A DNA stretch of 64,000 bases from Clostridia bacterium (GTDB lineage Bacteria; Bacillota; Clostridia; Oscillospirales; CAG-272), in assembly GCA_017461055.1 (NCBI GenBank), contig JAFTZI010000056.1:19175-83174 (forward strand), written 5' to 3'. The translations under genes and the position numbers were made by a program. Within the stretch, counting starts at the first letter, position 1. Each line of letters opens with the position of its first letter. The notes under the pieces are model-generated. The model was given only the letters and a program-made list of their open reading frames with translations. It did not search any database and had not been told where the DNA came from. This document shows positions 15,736 through 24,612 of this stretch, piece after piece.

Positions 15736-18700
15736 ATGAAAAGAAACCGAATCGTAAGATTAGCCGTTGCCACCGTATCGGTAATACTGCTAATCGCCAT
15801 GATGCTCTCAATTTGTACATCAGCACTTGGCGTGTCCACATCAGCGCCAACGTACATAAACGAGTATAATGGAAACCTTAAAACAAATATCGAGCAATTT
15901 TTTAACAACAGCGTGGTACAAAAGCTGCCAAGCACTGTTAAAAACACAGATACAATATCTGTAATTGTCGATCTTGACTTGCCTGCCATTATGGACGCAT
16001 ATGACTGGTCAGGCTCTGATTTGTCTATGGCTGAGTATGCTTCTACAAGTGAGGCTAAGGCGCTTATCAGCGAGGCTTTAAAGGAGAAGACAAGCATTCT
16101 TGAAAAGCTTGACGAAAAGGGAGTTAAATATACTCAAGGCGCTAATTACTCCACAATATTCAGCGGCTTTGAAATTTTAATTCAAGCCTGTGATTTTGAC
16201 ACTGCCTGCGACGCAATCGGCACAAAGGCAACTGTTATGGTTGGTGAGGTATATGCACCTGCTGAATCAAAGCTTGTAGAAAATGACGTTAACTTCTATG
16301 AGGATACGGGTATTTTCAACAGCTCCGATTTCAAGTATCAGGGTCAGGGTATGGTTATAGCTGTGCTTGACACAGGTCTTGACTATACACATACTGCATT
16401 CCTTGACAGTAACTTTACAGCAGACAGAGAAAAGCTTGGCTTAACAAAGCAAATGGTGGCTGACCTCTTGCTCGCTAAGGACACTCGCGCTGAATACTAT
16501 ATGCAGGGCGTTACTGCCGACGACCTTTATGTAAGCGACAAGGTTCCGTTTGCATTTGACTATGCTGACGGTGACGCTGACGTTTACTCACTGCATAACA
16601 ACCACGGAACTCACGTATCCGGTGTTATTGTAGGTAATGATGACGTAATTACAGGCGTTGCTCCGCAAGCACAGGTAGTTTCTATGAAAACCTTCTCCGA
16701 CGTTGAGGAGTCAGCTCGTACCTCTTGGATTCTTTCTGCTCTTGAGGACTGCGTGCTCTTAGGCGTTGACGTTATCAATATGTCACTTGGTACAGCTGCA
16801 GGCTTCAGCCGTGAAAGCGATAAGGAAGCGATAAACGGTAACGTATATCAGAAGATAAGAGATGCAGGCATTAGCTTGGTTGTTGCCGCATCAAACAGCT
16901 ACAACTCTGCATACGGCTCCGATAAAAACGGTAACTTGGGTCTTACATCTAACCCCGATACATCAACAGTCGGTTCACCTTCAACCTATGAGGGTGCTAT
17001 GTCTGTTGCATCTATCGACGGTAAAAAGACTCCTTACATCTTATACAACGGCTCAATAATCTACTTTATTGAGGCAACAAATGCTTCAAGCAAGGAAAAG
17101 GACTTCTTTGCTGAGGTCTTAAAGGACAGAATACCCGAGGACTCAAACGAAGCCATTGAGCTTGAATATGTTGTAGTTCCCGGTGCGGGCCGTCCTGCTG
17201 ACTATATGGGCTTAGACGTAACAGGAAAAATTGCCTTGGTTCGCCGTGGCTCAACAACCTTCGAGGAAAAGGCGCAGGCTGCTCAAAAGGCAGGCGCTTC
17301 TGCAATCATCATTTACAACAACGTATCCGGTGATATTAAAATGAACGCGGGTACAATTACAATTCCAATCTGTTCAATTTCACAGGACGACGGTGAATTG
17401 TTAGCCGCAAGCGAAACAGGAAAAATTAAAATCAGTCGCGCGCAAACATCGGGCCCATTCATTTCCGACTTCTCATCCTGGGGTCCTGCGCCTAACCTGA
17501 GCATTAAGCCTGAAATTACAGCTCACGGAGGTAACATCCTTTCTGCTGTAACAGGTGGCGACTATGACCGCTTGTCAGGTACATCAATGGCGTGTCCTAA
17601 TATGTCAGGTGTTATTGCGCTTTTGCGTCAATACGTGACAAACGAATACGATAGCATTAAAAATATGCCCGAGGGCGCTGAAAAGTCCAAGGCAACAAAC
17701 GCGCTTGTTAACTGCCTCTTAATGTCAACTGCCGATATTATGAGAAACAAGAGCGACTTACCGTACGCTGTAAGAAAGCAAGGCGCGGGTCTTGCCAATC
17801 TTGTAAAGGCATCAACAACAACAGCTTACATTCAAACCTACGACAGAGAAGATGGCTCTGTTATGGACAAGGCAAAAATTGAGCTTGGCGATGACAAGGA
17901 AAAAACAGGCGTATACACACTTAAATTCGCAATAAACAACTTCGGCTCAGCAGCACTTACATATGATTTAACGGCTCAGGTGTTGACAGAGGGCGTAAGT
18001 GACACAGAAACAGTTCGCGGTGAAACAACCGTAACCGAGGAGGGCTATCTCCTAAGCGGTGCCACATTTGAGGTAACAAAGGTAACAAACGGTACACAAA
18101 ACGGTAATAAGGTAAGCGTAAGCGGCGGCAACATAGCAGTTGTTGAGGCAAAGATAACTCTTTCCGATGCAGATAAGAAATATCTTGACGAGTCCTTTGA
18201 AAACGGTATGTACGTTGAAGGCTTTGTATGCTTAAAGGCTACCAGCGGAACAACCATTGACCTAAACGTTCCATTCCTTGCCTTCTACGGTGACTGGACA
18301 AAAGCACCTCTTTTCGATACAGATTACTATGAAACAAACCCCGATGAGATTGACGACGGTGTTTCACAGGACGATAAGGTAATGGCTGACGCTTATGCCA
18401 CACGTCCTATAGGCGGTCTTTACTCCGACTACGTAAGCTACTTGGGCGCATACTACTTCCAGCAGAATCCAAACGATAAGGTTATTGCCGCAAACAAAGA
18501 TTTTATCGCTCTTTCCTATGCTGACGAAACGGTTCACTCCTTCCGCTTCGTTTGGGCAGGCCTTTTAAGAAATGCCGCTAAGATGGTTATTACCATTACA
18601 AACGATGCAACGGGCGAGGTAATTTTTGAGACAGAAAAGCACGACATCCGTAAATCCTACGGTGACGGTGGCTCTATCTACCCCGCAAACATTGAGGTTG

Positions 18701-21700
18701 AGTTCGATACTCAGGATTATGACCTTCCGAACAATGCGCAGCTTTCAGTTAAAATCGAGGGCTACCTTGACTATGAGGACGGAGGCAGTGACACTAACTT
18801 AAAGAATACCTTTGAGTTCCCAATCGTAATTGACTATCAGGCTCCAAGCATTACAGATTGCGAGTTCTACACAGAATACGATAAGGACTTAAAGAAGAAC
18901 AGACTCTTTGCAAGAGTTGGCGTTTACGACAACCATCACGCAATGGCGCTTAACTTCGGTTATGTAAGAGAAGCAACAGATGAAGAGTACGCGCAGGACG
19001 GATACAAAAACCTTATGGAATCCTTCGAAAGCTACTTAACACCTGTATATTCAACCTTCAACAATACAACATATGTTGAGTATGAGCTTACAGATTACAT
19101 CTATGATATTAAGGAAAAATCAGCACATCCAAACTCCTTCGTTGTAACCTGCTATGACTACGCACTTAATACGACAACCTATGAAATAGGCTTGCCGGAT
19201 GAATATGTAGACTTCTACTTTGAGGAATCAAAGAACGAAACAAACTACTTAAGCGTAAATCAGGTATATCAGCTTAACCCAATCCTTTATCCAAATGAGG
19301 AAACAAATCCTGACGGAACTGACAACCCTTGGGGTGAGCTTGTTGAGTTCAACTCCACAAGACCGAGAGTTGCAAAGATAGTAAACGATAAGGTTGTTGC
19401 ATTGAGCCCGGGTGTTACTTGGATTCAGGCTAAGGATGCAAACGGTCACGTAGCACAGTTCCACGTAACGGTTCTCGGCAGCGAGGATGTAAAGAACAAT
19501 CCAAGCCTTGCCCAATATTACAAGGAATACGATAAGCCGGTAGCTGACGAATTTGACGTAATAGGCTACAAAACCTTAAAGGCATTCTACTACCTTAACA
19601 ATGATGAAAGAGATATAGGCTCAACAGGAGATCTTAAGCTGTTTGACGGTGGCTTTGACTTGAAGATGTTCCCATCCGAATCAGTTATGCTTAAGTCAAG
19701 GTTTACACCGTATCTCGATTCAGCAAAAATAGCATATCAATCCAATAATACAAATATTGTAGAAATTGATGAAAACGGCGTTGTAGTTGCCAAGGCAGAG
19801 GGATATGCCTCTGTAACAGTAAGAGTTCTTCTCGATGGAGAAAGAACCTACTTCTCGGAAACCGTTAACGTTGAGGTTAAAAATCCTTGGATAAGAACAG
19901 GCCCGTCACTTACTCACTACTTTGGTGCAGGCGGCACTGTAACAGTTCCGACCAACCTGAACCTTACAGAAATCGGTGCTTACGCATTTTCTAACTTTGA
20001 CTATGTAGAAAAGGATGAAAATGACGAAATCTCCGAGGAGGATCCAAACCTTACAAAGCAGGAATTCCTTGGTGAAAATACAGTAACAAAGGTAATTATT
20101 CCTATCGGTGTTGAAAAAATCGGCCCATATGCCTTTGCAGGACTTACAGCGCTTGAAGAGGTTGTAATTCCTTACACAGTAGAGGCAATTGAGTATGGCG
20201 CATTCTTCGGATGCACAAGCTTAAGAACCGTGTCCTATATGGATGAAAACGGACAGGTATTGCCGTCCGTTGGCTTAAAGAACGTTAAGCTTATCAATAT
20301 GGGCGCATTCCAAAACTGTAATTTAAGAGGAGAGCTTGTTCTTGACAATGCACGCGCAATCGGTGATTACGCATTTGCAGGTAACACAACTCTTTCCTCA
20401 GTAGTAATTCCACAAACACTTCAGTCCATTGGCGGATACGCATTCTATGGAAATAAGTCCCTTACAAGCGTAACAGTTCACGCTGAGCTTGTTAAGTACG
20501 GTCCGTACGTATTTGCAGGCTGCTCAAAGCTAAGCTCTATGACAACACTTAACAGTGATGACGAGTCAATAGGAACAATCAATGCAGCAGTTATCCCACA
20601 GGGCGCTTTCTATGGCTGTGAAAGGCTTACAAGCGTAACAATCGGTAAGGACGTAAATGTAATTGGCGAATACGCCTTTGCAAGAACAGGTGTTAAGAGA
20701 TTTATAGTAGCTGAGAATAATTCAGTATTCAAGCCACAAAATAACACATACATAGTATCCAAGGACGGACAAGAGCTTGTATTGGTAGCTCCTACCATAG
20801 AGGGTACATTTGAGCTTAAGGGCGTTACCTCAGTAGGTATCGGCGCATTTGCTGAAAACACAGGCATCGTTGAAATTAAGCTCCCCGACGTTACAAGTGT
20901 AGACAAATATGCCTTTGCTGAATGTCACAAGCTTCAAAGCATAACTCTCGGTAAGCTAACCGAGATTGGAGAATATTCATTCTTCGGCACAGCAATTACC
21001 GCTCATCCATCATTTGACAGTGTTAGCTACATAGCTCCGTACGCATTTTCAAATACAAAGCTTACAAGCGTTGTAATTCCAAATGGCGTAACTGTTGGAG
21101 AGGGCGCATTCTGCGAGTGCGACAAGCTTGAAAGCGTGGTTATCGGTAACGATGTCGTGCTTGAAATGGGCGCGTTTATGTACAACAACAGAATTAGCGG
21201 CAGATGGCAGCTATTGTACTACGTAAAGAACAATGTGCGCCATTACTATTACGATTACATTTCACCGCTTAAATCACTTACAATCGGCGACAATGCTGTA
21301 ATCGGTGAGTCTGCATTTATGGGCGCTGCCGATCTTGAAGCAGTAACACTTGGCGAAAATATTGTAATAGGCAATCAGGCATTCTACAATGCTTGCTCAT
21401 TAAAGACAATTCTTGATAAGAACGGTAATAACGTTGGATTTAAGAATGTAATTTCTATTGGCGAGCTTGCCTTTACAGGTGATGAGCAATTCGTATTTAC
21501 AAACTCATTTGATACTCCGGACTCCGCAAATATAATGATTTCGGGCGATTCTTATGTATATCACTACTACGGTGCTGCCTTTGAGGAAATCGACTTAACT
21601 AATGTCAAGGAAATAGGCAAGGGTGCTTTTGCATACTGTACACAGCTTGTAAGTGCAAATGTAGGCGAACGTAAGGACATACCCGAGCTTGCATTCTATG

Positions 21701-23154
21701 GCTGCGAAAAGCTTGAAAGCATTAATCTTGAGGGAGTAGAAACAATTGGTAATAACGCATTTGCAAATACTTCTTCATTAAAGAACGTTGATTTGTCCGC
21801 CGCTGTAAGCATTGGCGAATATGCCTTTACCTTAAGCGGACTTGAAAGCGTAACACTTAACGCAAACGGTACAGATATCGGCACAGGTGCATTTGCATAC
21901 TGCAAGTCATTAAATAATGCTGAAAATCTCGGTGCTTCACGCAATATTGCTTCATACGCATTTGCATATTCAGGACTTACAAGGGCTGATATAACAAGTG
22001 CAGAAACACTTGGAGATCACGTATTTATTAAGGAAGCCTTAACTCCGTTTGATTTGACCTATGGCAAGAGCCTTAAGTCAGTTGGCGATAACCCATTCGC
22101 TCTTTGTGCAATAGCTCCGTTTGTTGAAAAGACAAATTATGAGTTTAACGGTACAAGCTATGTGGTTGAAAATTACACCTTTAATATGACAGATACAGTA
22201 AAGGTTGTTAACGGCTCTCTCTACTGCAAGGTAGACTCAGGCTATGAGCTTATTACATATGCAGGCACTGAGGGTAAAAATGTTGTAGTCGTTGCCGAGG
22301 ACACAGTAAGAGTAAGCTCTTATGCCTTCGCAGGCTCCGATGTTGTGACAGTTCAGCTTCCACACTCATTAAATGCAATAGGACACAAGGCATTCTATGG
22401 CTGTGATAGCCTTGAAACAGTAATATTTAAGAGCTACGTAGCTCCTGTTCTTGAGGAACAGCTTGACGTAGCATACTACAACACATACAGTAACATTCCG
22501 GGTAACGGTACATATGAAATACCGCTCAACAACGGTGATGTTCTTGTTAAGGAAGGCTTAGGAATAGTAGACTTCTATATGTGGAATGTTCCTTCGGGAC
22601 TTTACTATGATGTATTCTTTGGCGCAAGCTTTATGAATAACATCGGACACATAGACAGACAGCTTGTTATGATAAGACCTTCAAACGGTCAATACTACGA
22701 AACCTTTATTTACGGTCAATACTTTGACAAGGTAATAGACGGCGCAATTTCCGCAACCGATGAAACCTTGGCAGCAATTGCCGCAATTGCTCAGCTTCCA
22801 AGAGTAATCAAGCTTACACACGAGCCGCTTGTTATAGCAGCACGTGAGGCATATAACAAGATAGCTACAAGAGACCAGCAGGCGCTTGTAACAGATTACG
22901 CTACCTTGGTATCGGCTGAAAACAAGATTCAACGTCTGAAGGACGAGGCTTCAGCCCCCGATATAACACCTCCGGACGACACCAATACACCAAATGACAA
23001 TCCGATTGATACAGTAGAACCGCAAAAAGACAGGTCAACAGTTGGCTATGTAATAGCAATTATTGTATTGTCAGTAATGCTTGTTGGCGGTGCGGTAGCT
23101 TCCGTATTGTTTATGGTAAAGATGAAAAAGCGCTACGATAGACCCCTTATGTGA
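15736..23154 (+). CDS. Giant (2472 aa) cell-envelope subtilisin-like serine protease (peptidase S8 with PA-domain insert) fused to Big_2-like domains, a very long BspA-type leucine-rich-repeat array and a C-terminal TM anchor
   Basis: N-terminal signal/anchor RLAVATVSVILLIAMMLSICTSALG. Catalytic motifs: VIAVLDTGLD (Asp codon 16369-16371), HNNHGTHVSG (His 16603-16605), LSGTSMACPNMSG (Ser 17584-17586). PA-like insert GKIALVRRGSTTFEEKAQAAQKAGASAIIIYNN. Big_2-like VALSPGVTWIQAKDANGHVAQFHVTV. LRR_5-type repeats (IGxYAFxxCxxLxSVxIPxxV) from about 19960 to 22440. Pro-rich stalk plus TM VGYVIAIIVLSVMLVGGAVASVLFMV, then KMKKRYDRP. Confidence 0.9.
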   Translation: MKRNRIVRLAVATVSVILLIAMMLSICTSALGVSTSAPTYINEYNGNLKTNIEQFFNNSVVQKLPSTVKNTDTISVIVDLDLPAIMDAYDWSGSDLSMAEYASTSEAKALISEALKEKTSILEKLDEKGVKYTQGANYSTIFSGFEILIQACDFDTACDAIGTKATVMVGEVYAPAESKLVENDVNFYEDTGIFNSSDFKYQGQGMVIAVLDTGLDYTHTAFLDSNFTADREKLGLTKQMVADLLLAKDTRAEYYMQGVTADDLYVSDKVPFAFDYADGDADVYSLHNNHGTHVSGVIVGNDDVITGVAPQAQVVSMKTFSDVEESARTSWILSALEDCVLLGVDVINMSLGTAAGFSRESDKEAINGNVYQKIRDAGISLVVAASNSYNSAYGSDKNGNLGLTSNPDTSTVGSPSTYEGAMSVASIDGKKTPYILYNGSIIYFIEATNASSKEKDFFAEVLKDRIPEDSNEAIELEYVVVPGAGRPADYMGLDVTGKIALVRRGSTTFEEKAQAAQKAGASAIIIYNNVSGDIKMNAGTITIPICSISQDDGELLAASETGKIKISRAQTSGPFISDFSSWGPAPNLSIKPEITAHGGNILSAVTGGDYDRLSGTSMACPNMSGVIALLRQYVTNEYDSIKNMPEGAEKSKATNALVNCLLMSTADIMRNKSDLPYAVRKQGAGLANLVKASTTTAYIQTYDREDGSVMDKAKIELGDDKEKTGVYTLKFAINNFGSAALTYDLTAQVLTEGVSDTETVRGETTVTEEGYLLSGATFEVTKVTNGTQNGNKVSVSGGNIAVVEAKITLSDADKKYLDESFENGMYVEGFVCLKATSGTTIDLNVPFLAFYGDWTKAPLFDTDYYETNPDEIDDGVSQDDKVMADAYATRPIGGLYSDYVSYLGAYYFQQNPNDKVIAANKDFIALSYADETVHSFRFVWAGLLRNAAKMVITITNDATGEVIFETEKHDIRKSYGDGGSIYPANIEVEFDTQDYDLPNNAQLSVKIEGYLDYEDGGSDTNLKNTFEFPIVIDYQAPSITDCEFYTEYDKDLKKNRLFARVGVYDNHHAMALNFGYVREATDEEYAQDGYKNLMESFESYLTPVYSTFNNTTYVEYELTDYIYDIKEKSAHPNSFVVTCYDYALNTTTYEIGLPDEYVDFYFEESKNETNYLSVNQVYQLNPILYPNEETNPDGTDNPWGELVEFNSTRPRVAKIVNDKVVALSPGVTWIQAKDANGHVAQFHVTVLGSEDVKNNPSLAQYYKEYDKPVADEFDVIGYKTLKAFYYLNNDERDIGSTGDLKLFDGGFDLKMFPSESVMLKSRFTPYLDSAKIAYQSNNTNIVEIDENGVVVAKAEGYASVTVRVLLDGERTYFSETVNVEVKNPWIRTGPSLTHYFGAGGTVTVPTNLNLTEIGAYAFSNFDYVEKDENDEISEEDPNLTKQEFLGENTVTKVIIPIGVEKIGPYAFAGLTALEEVVIPYTVEAIEYGAFFGCTSLRTVSYMDENGQVLPSVGLKNVKLINMGAFQNCNLRGELVLDNARAIGDYAFAGNTTLSSVVIPQTLQSIGGYAFYGNKSLTSVTVHAELVKYGPYVFAGCSKLSSMTTLNSDDESIGTINAAVIPQGAFYGCERLTSVTIGKDVNVIGEYAFARTGVKRFIVAENNSVFKPQNNTYIVSKDGQELVLVAPTIEGTFELKGVTSVGIGAFAENTGIVEIKLPDVTSVDKYAFAECHKLQSITLGKLTEIGEYSFFGTAITAHPSFDSVSYIAPYAFSNTKLTSVVIPNGVTVGEGAFCECDKLESVVIGNDVVLEMGAFMYNNRISGRWQLLYYVKNNVRHYYYDYISPLKSLTIGDNAVIGESAFMGAADLEAVTLGENIVIGNQAFYNACSLKTILDKNGNNVGFKNVISIGELAFTGDEQFVFTNSFDTPDSANIMISGDSYVYHYYGAAFEEIDLTNVKEIGKGAFAYCTQLVSANVGERKDIPELAFYGCEKLESINLEGVETIGNNAFANTSSLKNVDLSAAVSIGEYAFTLSGLESVTLNANGTDIGTGAFAYCKSLNNAENLGASRNIASYAFAYSGLTRADITSAETLGDHVFIKEALTPFDLTYGKSLKSVGDNPFALCAIAPFVEKTNYEFNGTSYVVENYTFNMTDTVKVVNGSLYCKVDSGYELITYAGTEGKNVVVVAEDTVRVSSYAFAGSDVVTVQLPHSLNAIGHKAFYGCDSLETVIFKSYVAPVLEEQLDVAYYNTYSNIPGNGTYEIPLNNGDVLVKEGLGIVDFYMWNVPSGLYYDVFFGASFMNNIGHIDRQLVMIRPSNGQYYETFIYGQYFDKVIDGAISATDETLAAIAAIAQLPRVIKLTHEPLVIAAREAYNKIATRDQQALVTDYATLVSAENKIQRLKDEASAPDITPPDDTNTPNDNPIDTVEPQKDRSTVGYVIAIIVLSVMLVGGAVASVLFMVKMKKRYDRPLM

Positions 23155-23189
23155 TTTAGTAAAAGTAATAAAAGGATGCAATTAAAGAA

Positions 23190-24569
23190 ATGAACAAGAG
23201 AATAAGAGTAATTTTATTAGCAGCTATTGCATTAATTACCGTATTGCTTGTTACATCCTGTGATGATTCTCCGTATGGCACGTATGATAACTTCGGCTAC
23301 GGTGTCAGCGTTAAATACGATGCCAACGGCGGAACATTTACAGCAGGAACATCAGTAATAGTAGATACATACAGCTTAGAAAGCTTGCCTACAATGAATG
23401 GCAAAAAGGTTGCCAAGCTAATGACTCCCGACGATGAGGGCAGAGGCTCAGGTAACTCCTTCATTCCAAGTAAAACAGGCTATACCTTTGTTGGCTGGTA
23501 TGCAGAATGTAATAGAACCGAAAGCCCCAGTGGCGAAACCACATATGAATATTCAAAAATGTGGGATTTTAAAAACGATCGCTTAGAGCTTGATCCAAAT
23601 AAGGAATACACAGCATCAGAGCCTGTGCTCACACTTTATGCTGCATGGATTCCCGAATTCAAGTTTGAATTTTATTCAATTGATGACCCAAATACTCTTC
23701 TAAAGGAATATAAGGTAGCTCCTTATACTGAAATTAATGTTCCTGCCTGGGACAAAAAGAGCAGCAAGGGTGCAATTAAAATGTATCAATTCCCTGAAAT
23801 TGACGGAAAAACCTTTGAGGCTGTATATGCAGACCCTGAGGGAACAGTTAAGCTGAGTGGGGAAACAATAATGCACTCAGGACAATTGAATTATGATAAT
23901 GCAACAGCAACCGACCCTGTAATGAAGCTTTACATTGAAACAATAGACGGTGAATGGTATCACATCTTTACCGCTAACCAGCTTAGGAACATTTCCTCAA
24001 ACGGTAATTATGTAATTGAAAACGATATTGACCTTGAAAATGTTACAAGAAACTGGGCAAGCTACTTAACCTACGGTAAGTTTACAGGTAAGCTTATAGG
24101 TAAGGAGCAGGAAAACGGTGAAGCTGTTAAGCTAAAGAATATAAGCTTCTATCAGGCTACAATAGGCGCTGACAAATATGCAACAGGCTTATTTGGACAG
24201 ATAACCTCAGAGGCAGTAATAGAAAACATTGCCTTTGAAAATGTAACTATGAATATGGACACAGGCGCACCTATGAGAAAGGATGTAAGCTTCGGCTTGC
24301 TTGCCGGTATCATTGATGCAAATGCAACCTTAAACGGTGTTACCGTAACAGGAACAGTCAAGGTTAGCACAAAGTGCGTATTCTCACCTGATACAAGCTC
24401 ATACAGAACAGATGCAGGCTATTCCATAGGCTTGATTTGCGGAATGGGCGCAACACACGGAATTGACTATTCAGGCATACTTGTTGAAATAGTAAATGAC
24501 GGTGATGCACAGACAATCGAGTATGAGCTTGACGGTAACAGCTTAGTGCTTATCGTTAACAAACAATAA
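23190..24569 (+). CDS. Lipoprotein with a Listeria-Bacteroides (InlB B-type) repeat and a GLUG-like C-terminal region
   Basis: MNKRIRVILLAAIALITVLLVTSC/DDS lipobox. YDANGGTF...GYTFVGWY...WDF...LTLYAAW is the List_Bact repeat pattern. ATGLFGQITSEAVIENIAFENVTMN...SFGLLAGII is GLUG-like. Starts 36 nt after the protease stop with no terminator between. Confidence 0.7.
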   Translation: MNKRIRVILLAAIALITVLLVTSCDDSPYGTYDNFGYGVSVKYDANGGTFTAGTSVIVDTYSLESLPTMNGKKVAKLMTPDDEGRGSGNSFIPSKTGYTFVGWYAECNRTESPSGETTYEYSKMWDFKNDRLELDPNKEYTASEPVLTLYAAWIPEFKFEFYSIDDPNTLLKEYKVAPYTEINVPAWDKKSSKGAIKMYQFPEIDGKTFEAVYADPEGTVKLSGETIMHSGQLNYDNATATDPVMKLYIETIDGEWYHIFTANQLRNISSNGNYVIENDIDLENVTRNWASYLTYGKFTGKLIGKEQENGEAVKLKNISFYQATIGADKYATGLFGQITSEAVIENIAFENVTMNMDTGAPMRKDVSFGLLAGIIDANATLNGVTVTGTVKVSTKCVFSPDTSSYRTDAGYSIGLICGMGATHGIDYSGILVEIVNDGDAQTIEYELDGNSLVLIVNKQ

Positions 24570-24612
24570 TTTTTGCTCAAAATTTAAGTTAATATAAATA
24601 AGGAGAAACAAC

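Noticed and set aside
15693-16097. 134-aa minus-strand ORF overlapping the start of the protease gene
   Set aside because: It is antisense to the well-supported S8 protease N-terminus and its RBS region, and has no independent signals.
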